This document shows positions 1-9,019 of a stretch of 32,000 bases of DNA, piece by piece; position 1 is the first letter of the stretch, and each line of letters starts with the position of its first letter. The notes below the pieces were generated by a model. It had not been told where the DNA came from, did no database searches, and saw only the letters and a program-made list of their open reading frames with translations. The stretch comes from Buchnera aphidicola (Neophyllaphis podocarpi). Its GTDB lineage: Bacteria; Pseudomonadota; Gammaproteobacteria; Enterobacterales; Enterobacteriaceae. The stretch covers positions 210,001-242,000 of the forward strand of contig NZ_OZ060386.1 in assembly GCF_964059055.1 (NCBI RefSeq). Reading direction: 5' to 3'. Made by a program: the position numbers and the translations under genes.

Positions 1-1046
1 TGCTTAGACAAAAAAGAAAAATATTTGTTCTGTTTTTCCATTATAGTCTTTTTATGAGACTGATTATTGAATATTTTTATATTTTGATTTTTTTCTACTC
101 CTATTCCAGTAGCTACTACTGTTACTCTTAATTCATCATCTATTTCTGTATCTAATGAAGTTCCAATAACAACAGTTGCATCATCTGAAGAAAATGTTCT
201 AATAATATTACCTATCGTTTCAAATTCTTCTAAACGCAAGTTTAATCCGGATGTAATATTAACTAAAACTCCTTTTGCCCCAGATAAATCAATATCTTCT
301 AGAAGTGGGCTGGATATAGCCATTTCTGCTGCTTCTTCTGCTCTTTTATCACCCTTTGATATTCCTGATCCCATCATAGCATAACCCATTTCAGACATTA
401 CTGTTCTAACATCTGCAAAATCTACGTTCATTAATCCCGGTTTTGTTATTAATTCAGCTATACTTTGAACTGCATCTTTTAAAACATTATTTACAGTACA
501 AAAAGCATCTATTAATGATGTACCTTTTCCTAATACTTTTAATAATTTATCATTAGGTATAATAATTAAAGAATCAACATATTTAGATAATTCATTAATA
601 CCTTGTTCTGCAAATAATGTTCTTTTTTTTCCCTCAAAACTAAAAGGTTTGGTTACTACTGCTACTGTTAATATTCCTAAATTTTTTGCTATTTCAGCTA
701 TTATTGGAGCTGCTCCTGTTCCTGTACCTCCCCCCATACCTGCAGCGATAAAAATCATATCTGCTCCTTCTAAAGATGATTTGATTTCCTCTTTATTTTC
801 TTCAGCAGCTGTGCGTCCTATTTCCGGATTAGCTCCTGCCCCTAACCCTTTTGTTAAATTATTTCCTATCTGAATAGTATTTTTTACTCCTATTTTTATT
901 AAAGCTTGAGAATCTGTATTTATTGCAAAAAAATCTACACCTTCTATTTGTTCTTTAACCATGTATTCAACAGCATTTCCCCCTCCTCCTCCAATGCCAA
1001 TAACCTTAATGATAGCCTCATTTGTTTGTTCTTTAGATTCAATCAT
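1..1046 (-). CDS. ftsZ: Cell division GTPase FtsZ, 5' part (348 codons); 3' end lies beyond the window start
   Basis: Absent from the ORF track because there is no stop in the window. Hand translation from ATG 1046..1044 gives [30 protein letters not shown]. The tubulin signature [10 protein letters not shown] is the antisense of the 649..873 shadow [20 protein letters not shown] lies at about 90-140. The frame stays open to base 3. Confidence 0.97.
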   Translation of the reverse strand, partial: MIESKEQTNEAIIKVIGIGGGGGNAVEYMVKEQIEGVDFFAINTDSQALIKIGVKNTIQIGNNLTKGLGAGANPEIGRTAAEENKEEIKSSLEGADMIFIAAGMGGGTGTGAAPIIAEIAKNLGILTVAVVTKPFSFEGKKRTLFAEQGINELSKYVDSLIIIPNDKLLKVLGKGTSLIDAFCTVNNVLKDAVQSIAELITKPGLMNVDFADVRTVMSEMGYAMMGSGISKGDKRAEEAAEMAISSPLLEDIDLSGAKGVLVNITSGLNLRLEEFETIGNIIRTFSSDDATVVIGTSLDTEIDDELRVTVVATGIGVEKNQNIKIFNNQSHKKTIMEKQNKYFSFLSK

Positions 1047-1086
1047 ATATTTATATATTCCTAATTTTTTATAAATTTTAGATATA

Positions 1087-2343
1087 TTAAAATTCTTTTT
1101 TTAACCATTGATATATGTATTTTAAATAACTATTAAAATTTTTTATATTTTTGTTATTTATTTTGTTGTTTATTCTATTTATTCTTCCGTAATGAAGTAA
1201 ACCTACTGGTGTTGAATATATTGGATCTTTTATTATTTCTGTTAATCCTTTAATTTTTATAGGACATCCTATTCTAATATTTTTATTAGAAAATATTTTT
1301 TTTGCACATGGTACTAGATATTTAATCTTAGATCCTCCTCCGGTTAATACAATACTTAAAGAAATTTTTTTGTTTATTTGATATTCTAAAATATCTTTAA
1401 TAGCACTTATTTCTACGTTAACTAATTGCAATAATTCTATATATCTTGCTTCAATTACTTGAAATAATTCGTATTTTAAAATTGGTTTTATATCTTTATT
1501 TTTTAATTTTATAAATTTAATTTTTTCTTGTTTTTCAATATTTTTATGAATACAAGATCCATAATTTATTTTTATAAATTCTGCATCATTTTTTAATAAG
1601 TTAAAAGCATAAGATATATCGTCTGTAACTATATTTCCAGCATAAGGTATAACTTTATTATATTGTATTACCTCATTTACAAAAATAGTAATATCTATAG
1701 TACCTCCTCCTATATCAATAACGCATACACCAAATTTTTTTTCTTCTTCTGTTATAACTGCATAACTTGAAGCTATTCCAGAAAAAATTAACTTATTTAT
1801 TGTAATATTACATTTTTCTATAGATTTTATAATATTTTTAGCTAGATTATTGTCACATGTTGTTAAATGCACATTAGCTTGCATTCTTATTCCAGATAAA
1901 CCTATTGGATTTTTTATTCCATTTTGATCATCTATAGTATATTCTTGAGGTATTACATGTATTACTTTTTTTTTATTGCTAATTTTAACAGATTGAGCAA
2001 TGTATATTACATTTTCTACATCTTCTTTGTTAACTTCTTCATTAGAAATTGCTACTATTCCTCTTTCGTTTTGACAATTTATATTTTTTCCGGATATTGA
2101 TACAAACAAAGAAGATATATTACATTTAGCTATATTTTCGGCATTAGTAATTGCTATTTTAATACATTTTGTTACAGATTCTAAATCTACAATTTCTCCT
2201 CTGATAACTCCTTTTGAATTACAATTTCCTATACCTATTATATTGATACTTTTTTCATCTAATATTTCTCCTACTAAGACAGTAATTTTGTTAGTACCAA
2301 TATCTAAACTAACTATTAGTTCTCTATCTGTAGGTTTTTTCAT
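1087..2343 (-). CDS. ftsA: Cell division protein FtsA (actin-like ATPase)
   Basis: 418-aa ORF, colinear with E. coli FtsA (420 aa). Matches include [68 protein letters not shown] and the C-terminal WLKKEF membrane helix. Confidence 0.97.
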   Translation of the reverse strand: MKKPTDRELIVSLDIGTNKITVLVGEILDEKSINIIGIGNCNSKGVIRGEIVDLESVTKCIKIAITNAENIAKCNISSLFVSISGKNINCQNERGIVAISNEEVNKEDVENVIYIAQSVKISNKKKVIHVIPQEYTIDDQNGIKNPIGLSGIRMQANVHLTTCDNNLAKNIIKSIEKCNITINKLIFSGIASSYAVITEEEKKFGVCVIDIGGGTIDITIFVNEVIQYNKVIPYAGNIVTDDISYAFNLLKNDAEFIKINYGSCIHKNIEKQEKIKFIKLKNKDIKPILKYELFQVIEARYIELLQLVNVEISAIKDILEYQINKKISLSIVLTGGGSKIKYLVPCAKKIFSNKNIRIGCPIKIKGLTEIIKDPIYSTPVGLLHYGRINRINNKINNKNIKNFNSYLKYIYQWLKKEF

Positions 2344-2353
2344 ATATGTTAAC

Positions 2354-3078
2354 CTATTTTAAAAATTTATTTAATTTTTGATACTTTACAGCTATTCCAT
2401 AATTATAACGTAAATCTATATATACAATTTTTTTCTTATAATATATTTCTTCTTTATGTAGTATAGGCCAAATTATTATTAAATTTTTTAATTTTTCAAT
2501 TTTGTCTTTATTACCTATTTCTATTATAATGTTTGAGTTAGTTATTAATTTGCATGAGTATCTTGTTTTCATGTAAAATTCTTTTATCTTTATTCTTTTA
2601 TCTTCTAATATTTTATTAATTTTTTTATATATTACTAATATTTCAGTTTGCTTATTTTTTAATCCATATATTTTAGGAAGGTTATTTTTTATTTGATATA
2701 TTTTAGGTATATAAAATATTTTAGCATTTACATCTATCATGTAGATATCATTCCAATAAGCAATAGGTTCATATAAAATCAGATTTATTTTTAAATTATT
2801 GTCTATTGTTTTTATTTTAATATTTTTTATCCACTCAATATTTTTTAATTTATTTTTTATATAATCTAAGTTATTTTCTATATTTATACTATAATTTATT
2901 AATTTTTCTGTAGTTTTTTTAGTTTCATATTGATTTATATATTTATTATTGTTTAAAACAATTATTTCTGATATTTTATATTTAAAGTATTTATCACATT
3001 TTATATATATTTCTTTAAATAAAAAAAATATTAATATTATTAATATAGATATCAAAAAAATTTTTTTTTAATTATCAT
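2354..3078 (-). CDS. ftsQ: Cell division protein FtsQ, interrupted near the 5' end: ATG at 3078 is out of frame with the body across an A9 tract; the uninterrupted frame is 2354..3055 (TTG start)
   Basis: The 233-aa ORF starts inside the TM helix. Its C-terminal part KIKEFYMKTRYSCKLITNSNIIIEIGNKD...IVYIDLRYNYGIAVKY aligns to E. coli FtsQ [29 protein letters not shown]...ISYVDLRYDSGAAVGW. It sits between ddlB and ftsA as in E. coli. Upstream, ATG ATA ATT A9 T7 GA would read MIIKKKIFLISIL with one extra A. Confidence 0.85.
3061..3069 (-). other. A9 homopolymer (T9 on plus strand) separating the ftsQ ATG from its reading frame; candidate slippage site
   Basis: Counted directly. Plus strand 3051-3070 is atcaaaaaaa ttttttttta. 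The ATG frame ends at TGA 3054..3052. The body frame has TAA at 3070..3068. Confidence 0.8.
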
Positions 3079-3096
3079 TTTATTTTTACTATATTT

Positions 3097-4017
3097 TCAC
3101 TTATTTAAGTTAGCTGATGTTAAAATTTTTAAAATTAATTCTTTAAATTCTATACCTGCTTTCTTTGCAGCTAAAGGGAATAGACTATCATTTGTCATTC
3201 CCGGAATAGTATTTGCTTCTAATAACCATATTTTATTATTATTATCTATTATCAAGTCTATTCTACCAAATCCTGTACAACCTAAAATATTCCAGGCTTT
3301 TTTTACTATTTTTTTTATTTTTTTTTCTTTTTTTATATCTAAACCACAAGGACATATATATTTTGTATTTTTTGATATGTATTTTGCGCTATAATCATAA
3401 AATAAATTTCTTGAATATATTTTAATTATAGGTAAAATATTATTTTCTAAGATTGATACGGTATATTCTTTGCCTTCAATAAAAGGTTCAATGATTATAG
3501 ATTTATATTTACTTAAAGCTTTTTTAATTTTGTTTTTTATTTCTTTACTATCTTTAACTATTATTGAACCTATACTAGAACCTTCATTATTAGGTTTTAT
3601 AAATAATTTTGTCCCTAACTTTATTTTTATTTTTTCTATATCTAATTTTTTTTTTGTAATATTATTTATATGTATGTACTTTGATACAGGTAGATTATAT
3701 CCTTTCCATATTAATTTAGTTCTTATTTTGTCCATTGCTATTGCAGATGACATTACTCCGCTTCCTGTATAAGGAATTTTTAAAGATTCTAAAATAGATT
3801 GAATTATTCCGTCTTCTCCATTTTTTCCATGTAATGCTATAAAAACTTTTGTGAATCCCTCATTTTTTAGTTTAAATATTGGAAAATTAATTGTATCTAT
3901 TGCATAAGCATTAATTCCTAATTTTATTAGTTCTTTTAGAACATTTTTTCCAGACAGTAAAGATATATTTCTTTCTAATGAATTACCTCCTAATAATACA
4001 GCAATCTTTTCACTCAT
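3097..4017 (-). CDS. ddlB: D-alanine--D-alanine ligase
   Basis: The ORF track gives 3097..4035 (MLEVIKMSEK...). I prefer the second ATG at 4017: MSEKIAVLLGG aligns with the E. coli DdlB N-terminus MTDKIAVLLGG, giving 306 aa as in E. coli, and AGAGGT lies 8 nt upstream. Other matches are HGKNGEDG, YTGSGVMSSAIAMDK and LLEANTIPGMT. It ends in TGA. Confidence 0.95.
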   Translation of the reverse strand: MSEKIAVLLGGNSLERNISLLSGKNVLKELIKLGINAYAIDTINFPIFKLKNEGFTKVFIALHGKNGEDGIIQSILESLKIPYTGSGVMSSAIAMDKIRTKLIWKGYNLPVSKYIHINNITKKKLDIEKIKIKLGTKLFIKPNNEGSSIGSIIVKDSKEIKNKIKKALSKYKSIIIEPFIEGKEYTVSILENNILPIIKIYSRNLFYDYSAKYISKNTKYICPCGLDIKKEKKIKKIVKKAWNILGCTGFGRIDLIIDNNNKIWLLEANTIPGMTNDSLFPLAAKKAGIEFKELILKILTSANLNK

Positions 4018-4036
4018 TTTTATTACCTCTAGCATT

Positions 4037-5464
4037 CTAACTTTTTGATTTATATTTATAAAATAGTTTTAGGATTTTATTTAAATCACCAGCTCCTTGT
4101 GTGATAATAACACTATTATTACATAATATTTTTTTTAAATAGATAATTATTTCATTGTTATTATTAATAGCAATAGATTTATTAATATTTTTTTTATTTA
4201 TTGCTTTACTTAGTATTTTATTATTTATTTTATTTATTTTTTTTTCTCCTGATGAAAATATATTTAAAATTAATATTTTATCAGCTTTTAGCAATTCTTT
4301 AACAAATTGATTAAAAAGATTTTTAGTTCTTGTATATCTATGAGGTTGAAATATCATTATAATTTTTCTATTAGGCCATCCATTTTTAACGGTAATTATA
4401 TTTTCTCTAATAGCTGTAGGATGATGCCCGTAATCATCAATGATGATTACATTGAAAAATTTTTTGTTAATGTTTTGAAAAATAAATTTACCTATAATTT
4501 CAAATCTTCTTTTTGTACCTTTATAGTTTTTTAATGCTTTAATTATATATTTATCTTTGATTTTTTCTTGTTTTGATATTGCTATAGCGGCAGTTGCATT
4601 TAATGCATTATGTTTACCTGGTAAATTTACAGATACATTCATCGTTTTATCATTTTTAATTGATAATTTAAAAAATCCTATTTGTTTTTTTTGTTTGTAA
4701 CTAATTATTCTTAAATCTGCATTCTTATTAAATCCATAAGTAATAATTTTAGATTTTATTTTTTTTATTTTATTTTGAATTATTTTATTGTCTAAACATG
4801 CTATAACATATCCATCTTTAGGAATATTATTTGCAAATTTTATAAAAGTTTCTTGTAATTTGTTAAAATTTCCTTTGTATTCATGTAAGTGATCTGTATC
4901 TATGTTTGTTATAACTATATTTTTTGGTTTTAAATTTAATAATGATGCATCACTTTCGTCTGCTTCGACTATTATATTAGAATCTTTTCCTGTTGCAGAA
5001 TACTTTCCTATTAATTTTACTAATCCTCCATTAACTAAATTAGGTCTAAATCCCCCTTCGTAATATATACTAAAAATCATACTAGTAGTAGTAGTTTTAC
5101 CATGTGTTCCTGTTATTGCTATACTATTACTTACCATTTTTATAATTTCTGATAAAATTTCTGATCTATGTAATATTTTAATACCATATTTTTTTGCTGT
5201 GGTTAGCTCTATATTATTTTTTTTTATAGCACTAGAAAATACAACAATATCTGGATTATTAATATTTAATTTAGAGTGAATATTATATATTTTTACTCCT
5301 AGTTTTTTTAGATATCTTGTTATTTTGCTTTGTTTTATATCTGATCCACTAATTTTGTATTTTTTTTCTGCTAATATAGTTGCGATACTTCCCATCCCAG
5401 TACCACCAATTCCTATAAAATGAATTTTTTTAGTATTCTTTAATAATAATTTTTTTGTTTTCAT
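4037..5464 (-). CDS. murC: UDP-N-acetylmuramate--L-alanine ligase
   Basis: 475 aa. Matches to E. coli MurC: IHFIGIGGTGMGSIA, ITGTHGKTTTTSM, EADESDASLL, DDYGHHPT and QPHRYTRT. Confidence 0.97.
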   Translation of the reverse strand: MKTKKLLLKNTKKIHFIGIGGTGMGSIATILAEKKYKISGSDIKQSKITRYLKKLGVKIYNIHSKLNINNPDIVVFSSAIKKNNIELTTAKKYGIKILHRSEILSEIIKMVSNSIAITGTHGKTTTTSMIFSIYYEGGFRPNLVNGGLVKLIGKYSATGKDSNIIVEADESDASLLNLKPKNIVITNIDTDHLHEYKGNFNKLQETFIKFANNIPKDGYVIACLDNKIIQNKIKKIKSKIITYGFNKNADLRIISYKQKKQIGFFKLSIKNDKTMNVSVNLPGKHNALNATAAIAISKQEKIKDKYIIKALKNYKGTKRRFEIIGKFIFQNINKKFFNVIIIDDYGHHPTAIRENIITVKNGWPNRKIIMIFQPHRYTRTKNLFNQFVKELLKADKILILNIFSSGEKKINKINNKILSKAINKKNINKSIAINNNNEIIIYLKKILCNNSVIITQGAGDLNKILKLFYKYKSKS

Positions 5465-5473
5465 GAAAATATT

Positions 5474-6528
5474 TTATAAATCATTAATTAAATTAAAAAT
5501 TTTTTTAGTAGAATTTTTGAAATCAATTTTTTGTGATTTACATATCATTCTTACAATTTCTTTTCTATTCCAAATTTTTAAAATTTCTAAAATTTTCTTT
5601 ACAGATAAGTTTTTTTCGCTTATAATTTTTGCAATTCCCATTTTTTTTAAAATTAATGCATTAAAATATTGTTGTTTATCTTTATGATTATAAGGTATAA
5701 GTATTGATGGTAAATTTATACTTAATATTTCACTTACTGTTAATGCTCCTGATCTACCAATAATCATATCTGTCCATTCATAAGCTTCATCTATGTTTTT
5801 TATAAAATTAACTATTTGATGTTGAAATAATTTATTTTTTAAGTATATTTTTTTTATTCTAAAAAAATCTTTATTTCCAGTTTGATGTAATATTTTGATA
5901 TTGTTTTTAAGTTTTTTTGCTACTTCAACTATAACATTATTTAGTATAATAGATCCTTGACTTCCTCCTAATATCAATATTCGAATTTTTCCTTTTCTTT
6001 TTTGAAATCTTTTAAGAGGTTTATTTATATTTAATATTTCTTCTCTTATCGGATTTCCCACAATATAAGCATTGTTTAAAGTATTAGAAAAAGCTTGCAT
6101 ATTTATATTGGAAATTTTTGATAATATTTTGTTAGTTATTCCTGCCACTGTATTTTGTTCATGTACTAACAAGGGAATTTTACATATTTTTGCAGCTATT
6201 CCTACTGGTCCAGATACATAACCACCCATAACTAATATTACTTTAGGTGAAATTTTTTTAATTATTTTTATAGATTGATAACAAGCATATAAAATTTTTA
6301 TAGGAGATAATATCAATGTTTTGATTTTTTTTCCTACAATACCTTCAATATTTATAAAAAATATTTTTATTCCATATTTCGGAATCATTTTAGATTCTAT
6401 GCCATTTTTTGTGCCAATCCATATTACTTGCCAATTATTTTTTTTGAAATATTTTGCTAAGGTAATACCGGGAAATACATGTCCTCCAGAACCTCCTGCC
6501 GCTATTAAAATTTTTTTTTATTCATCAT
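5474..6528 (-). CDS. murG: Lipid II glycosyltransferase MurG, interrupted at codon 4-7: ATG ATG at 6528 is out of frame with the body across an A9 tract; the ORF-track ORF (5474..6388) lacks the N-terminal G-loop
   Basis: The body frame is open from 6517 and reads ILIAAGGSGGHVFPGITLAKYFKKNNWQVIWIGTKNGIESKMIPKYGIKI. This aligns to E. coli MurG [22 protein letters not shown]...LVPKHGIEI. The rest matches HEQN, GGSQG, GRSGALTVSE and HKDKQQYFNA. AGAAGG lies 8 nt upstream of ATG 6528. Confidence 0.93.
6511..6519 (-). other. A9 homopolymer (T9 on plus strand) separating the murG ATG from its reading frame; candidate slippage site
   Basis: Plus strand 6501-6530 is gctattaaaa ttttttttta ttcatcatta. 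The ATG frame gives MMNKKKF then TAA (6507..6505). The body frame has TAA at 6520..6518. Confidence 0.8.
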
Positions 6529-6550
6529 TATAGACCTTCTTAATTTTTAT

Positions 6551-7693
6551 TTATATAAAATAATTTTTTATTTTGTTTTCAAAATCTATTCTTAATAGCC
6601 AAAATATAGCAATTGATGTTATAATAAGGCTAGAACCTCCATAACTAATCAAAGGTAATGTCAATCCTTTAGTTGGTAAAATTCCAGTTACTACTCCTAT
6701 ATTAATAATAGTTTGTACATATAACCAAATGCTAATTGATATTGCAAGAAATCCTGAGAAAATTTCTTGGTTTTTTAATGCAATTTTTCCTATATACATA
6801 GCATTTATTGCTATTTTTATAATTATTGATAAAACAAATAAAGTGCCTACATAACCAAGTTCTTCAGCTATAATAGAATAAATGAAATCAGTGTTAGATT
6901 CTGGCAGATATTCTAGTTTTTGTATAGAGTTACCTAAACCTACACCAAATATATGCCCTCTACCAAAAGCTATAAAAGATTGTATAATTTGGTAACCATT
7001 TCCAAAGGGATCTTTCCATGGATCTATAAATGATATAATTCTTTTAATTCTATATGGAGTGTAAATAATTGTAGGTACTATTGTAATAATACATAATACT
7101 ATCATCAATATAAAATTTTTTAATTTAAATCCTGCAAGGAATAATAATACTAAAGTAGTAGTTAATAATATAATCACAGTTCCTAAATCTGGTTGAGATA
7201 TTATTAAATATGATAATATTATTAATATGAAAATAGGTTTATAGAAATTCCATGGTGTTTTATTTATTGTTTTAATATTTTTTTTTAAATAGCTAGATAA
7301 ATAACAAAAAAGTGAAATTTTAGATATTTCAGATGGTTGAAAATTTATAAATCCTATATTTACCCATCTAGATGAACCATTGACTGAATTTCCAAGTATT
7401 GAAACAATAAATAGTAGTATAATAGATAGAATTAAAATTTTTTTACTATGATAATCCCAAAATATCATAGGTATACGTAAAAATATTAATGATAAACTTA
7501 ATGCTATACATATATATAAAAAATGTCTTTCTAGAAAAAAAAAATAATTGTTATATAAATTTTTTCCTATATTTATAGACGTAGAAAATACCATAATTAA
7601 TCCAATTACATATAAACTAATTAGTGACCATAATAAGTCATAGTTATACATATTTTTTATTTTTTTTTTATATAATTTTGTTTTTTTTGTCAT
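6551..7693 (-). CDS. ftsW: Peptidoglycan glycosyltransferase / lipid II-handling SEDS protein FtsW
   Basis: 380 aa. Matches to E. coli FtsW: QPSEISKISLFCYL, QPDLGT, NPW-type DPWKDPFGNGYQIIQSFIAFGRG, LPESNTDFIYSIIAEELGY and PTKGLTLPLISYGGSS. The start could instead be the internal ATG at 7651, which would remove the 26-nt overlap with murD. Confidence 0.95.
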   Translation of the reverse strand: MTKKTKLYKKKIKNMYNYDLLWSLISLYVIGLIMVFSTSINIGKNLYNNYFFFLERHFLYICIALSLSLIFLRIPMIFWDYHSKKILILSIILLFIVSILGNSVNGSSRWVNIGFINFQPSEISKISLFCYLSSYLKKNIKTINKTPWNFYKPIFILIILSYLIISQPDLGTVIILLTTTLVLLFLAGFKLKNFILMIVLCIITIVPTIIYTPYRIKRIISFIDPWKDPFGNGYQIIQSFIAFGRGHIFGVGLGNSIQKLEYLPESNTDFIYSIIAEELGYVGTLFVLSIIIKIAINAMYIGKIALKNQEIFSGFLAISISIWLYVQTIINIGVVTGILPTKGLTLPLISYGGSSLIITSIAIFWLLRIDFENKIKNYFI

Positions 7694-9008
7694 AAAAATT
7701 TTTTACTAACTTAATAAACATATTACCTCTATGTTTAAAATTTAAAAATTGATCTGTGCTAGCACAGGCTGGTGATAATAATACTGTGTCTCCACTTTTA
7801 ACTTGTATAAATATATCTCTCATTGCTTCTTTTAGATTTTTATATTTTTTAGTTTTTTTTGGGAGAATTTTTGCTATTTTATTTTTATCTTTTCCAAAAC
7901 AATATATTGTTATAGAATTATGTTCTAGATATTTTTTTAATTCTAAAAAATTAGTGTTTTTTCCATCTCCTCCAAGCAGTATTCTGATTTTAGATTTTGT
8001 ATTCAAATCTTTAATTGCAGCTTTAGTGCTCCCTATATTTGTTGCTTTTGAATCATTTATCCATTTTATTCCATCTTTATGACATATTAATTCAAATCTA
8101 TGTTTTAATCCTTTAAAGTTTACTAATTCTTTTTCAACTTTTTTTATTGGTATATTTAAAATATTTACTATTGCTATAGCTATCATTGCATTTATATGAT
8201 TATGTAAGTTTTTTAATTTCATTCTACTTACATTAAATAATTTTATATTTTTATTATATATCCATAATTTATTTTTATGTTTTTTTAAATAATAATCTGC
8301 ATTTTCTGAATTAAAACTAATTTTTTTACTTGTTATATTTTTATTTGGGTATGTTAATTTATCTTCTAAATTAAAAAGACATATTTCAGCATTATTATAT
8401 ATTTTATTTTTAATGTTAGAGTATTCTTGTATATTTTCATTATATCTATCCATGTGATCTCTACTTAAATTTATTATAATTGATATCTTTGTTTTTAATT
8501 TTTTAGTTGATTCGAGTTGAAAACTAGAAATTTCTAAAATTAATATATCAAAATTATCTTCTATAATATTAAGTACTGGAAATCCTATATTTCCTCCTAT
8601 TGTAACTCTATATTTTGATTTTTTTAACATGTTTAACAACATAGTAGATACAGTACTTTTTCCATTTGATCCTGTTATAGCTATAATACTTAATTTAGTT
8701 TCTCGACAGAATAACTCAATATCTCCAATAATTTCAATTCCTAATTTTTCAGCTAAGTTAAATATAGGATTTTTTAAATTTATTCCAGGGCTTACAACTA
8801 TAATATTAGCGTCTAATATCCATTTTTTATTTATTTCACCTAAATAATACTCAATATTTTTTGGTATTTTTTTTAATTCTTTATTTATATATGTTTTCTC
8901 ATCTAACACCTTTGGTATAATATTTTTTCTTAAAAAAAATTTTATACAGGACATTCCTGTTTTTCCTATCCCTATAATAACTATATTTTTATCTTTGTAA
9001 TTTTGCAT
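7668..9008 (-). CDS. murD: UDP-N-acetylmuramoylalanine--D-glutamate ligase
   Basis: 446 aa. Matches to E. coli MurD: MQNYKDKNIVIIGIGKTGMSC, GDIELFCRE, ITGSNGKSTV, ELSSFQLE, WINDSKATN and LLSPACAS.DQF.NF..RG. Confidence 0.97.
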   Translation of the reverse strand: MQNYKDKNIVIIGIGKTGMSCIKFFLRKNIIPKVLDEKTYINKELKKIPKNIEYYLGEINKKWILDANIIVVSPGINLKNPIFNLAEKLGIEIIGDIELFCRETKLSIIAITGSNGKSTVSTMLLNMLKKSKYRVTIGGNIGFPVLNIIEDNFDILILEISSFQLESTKKLKTKISIIINLSRDHMDRYNENIQEYSNIKNKIYNNAEICLFNLEDKLTYPNKNITSKKISFNSENADYYLKKHKNKLWIYNKNIKLFNVSRMKLKNLHNHINAMIAIAIVNILNIPIKKVEKELVNFKGLKHRFELICHKDGIKWINDSKATNIGSTKAAIKDLNTKSKIRILLGGDGKNTNFLELKKYLEHNSITIYCFGKDKNKIAKILPKKTKKYKNLKEAMRDIFIQVKSGDTVLLSPACASTDQFLNFKHRGNMFIKLVKNFYDKKNKII

Positions 9009-9019
9009 TATTTAAATAC

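Noticed and set aside
649-873. 74-aa plus-strand ORF ([13 protein letters not shown]...PVPVPPP...)
   Set aside because: It is the antisense shadow of the most conserved part of ftsZ. Its PVPVPPP stretch is the reverse reading of the GGGTGTG tubulin signature. It has a TTG start and no independent support.
4018-4035. N-terminal extensions in ORF-track calls for ddlB (MLEVIK), dapD (MVLK, 20833-20844) and frr (MRNLK, 24243-24257)
   Set aside because: The internal ATGs give products matching E. coli lengths and N-terminal alignments. For ddlB and frr they also have better-placed purine-rich SD-like sequences. The longer starts cannot be excluded but are not favoured.
6321-6533. 70-aa plus-strand ORF overlapping the 5' end of murG
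   Set aside because: It is the antisense shadow of the murG G-loop region (PPEPPAA is the reverse reading of AAGGSGG). Its apparent length results from the opposite-strand coding constraint.
7668-7693. 26-nt murD/ftsW overlap as an unusual gene arrangement
   Set aside because: Overlaps are common in dcw clusters. An alternative ftsW start at ATG 7651 would remove this one, so it is not informative by itself.
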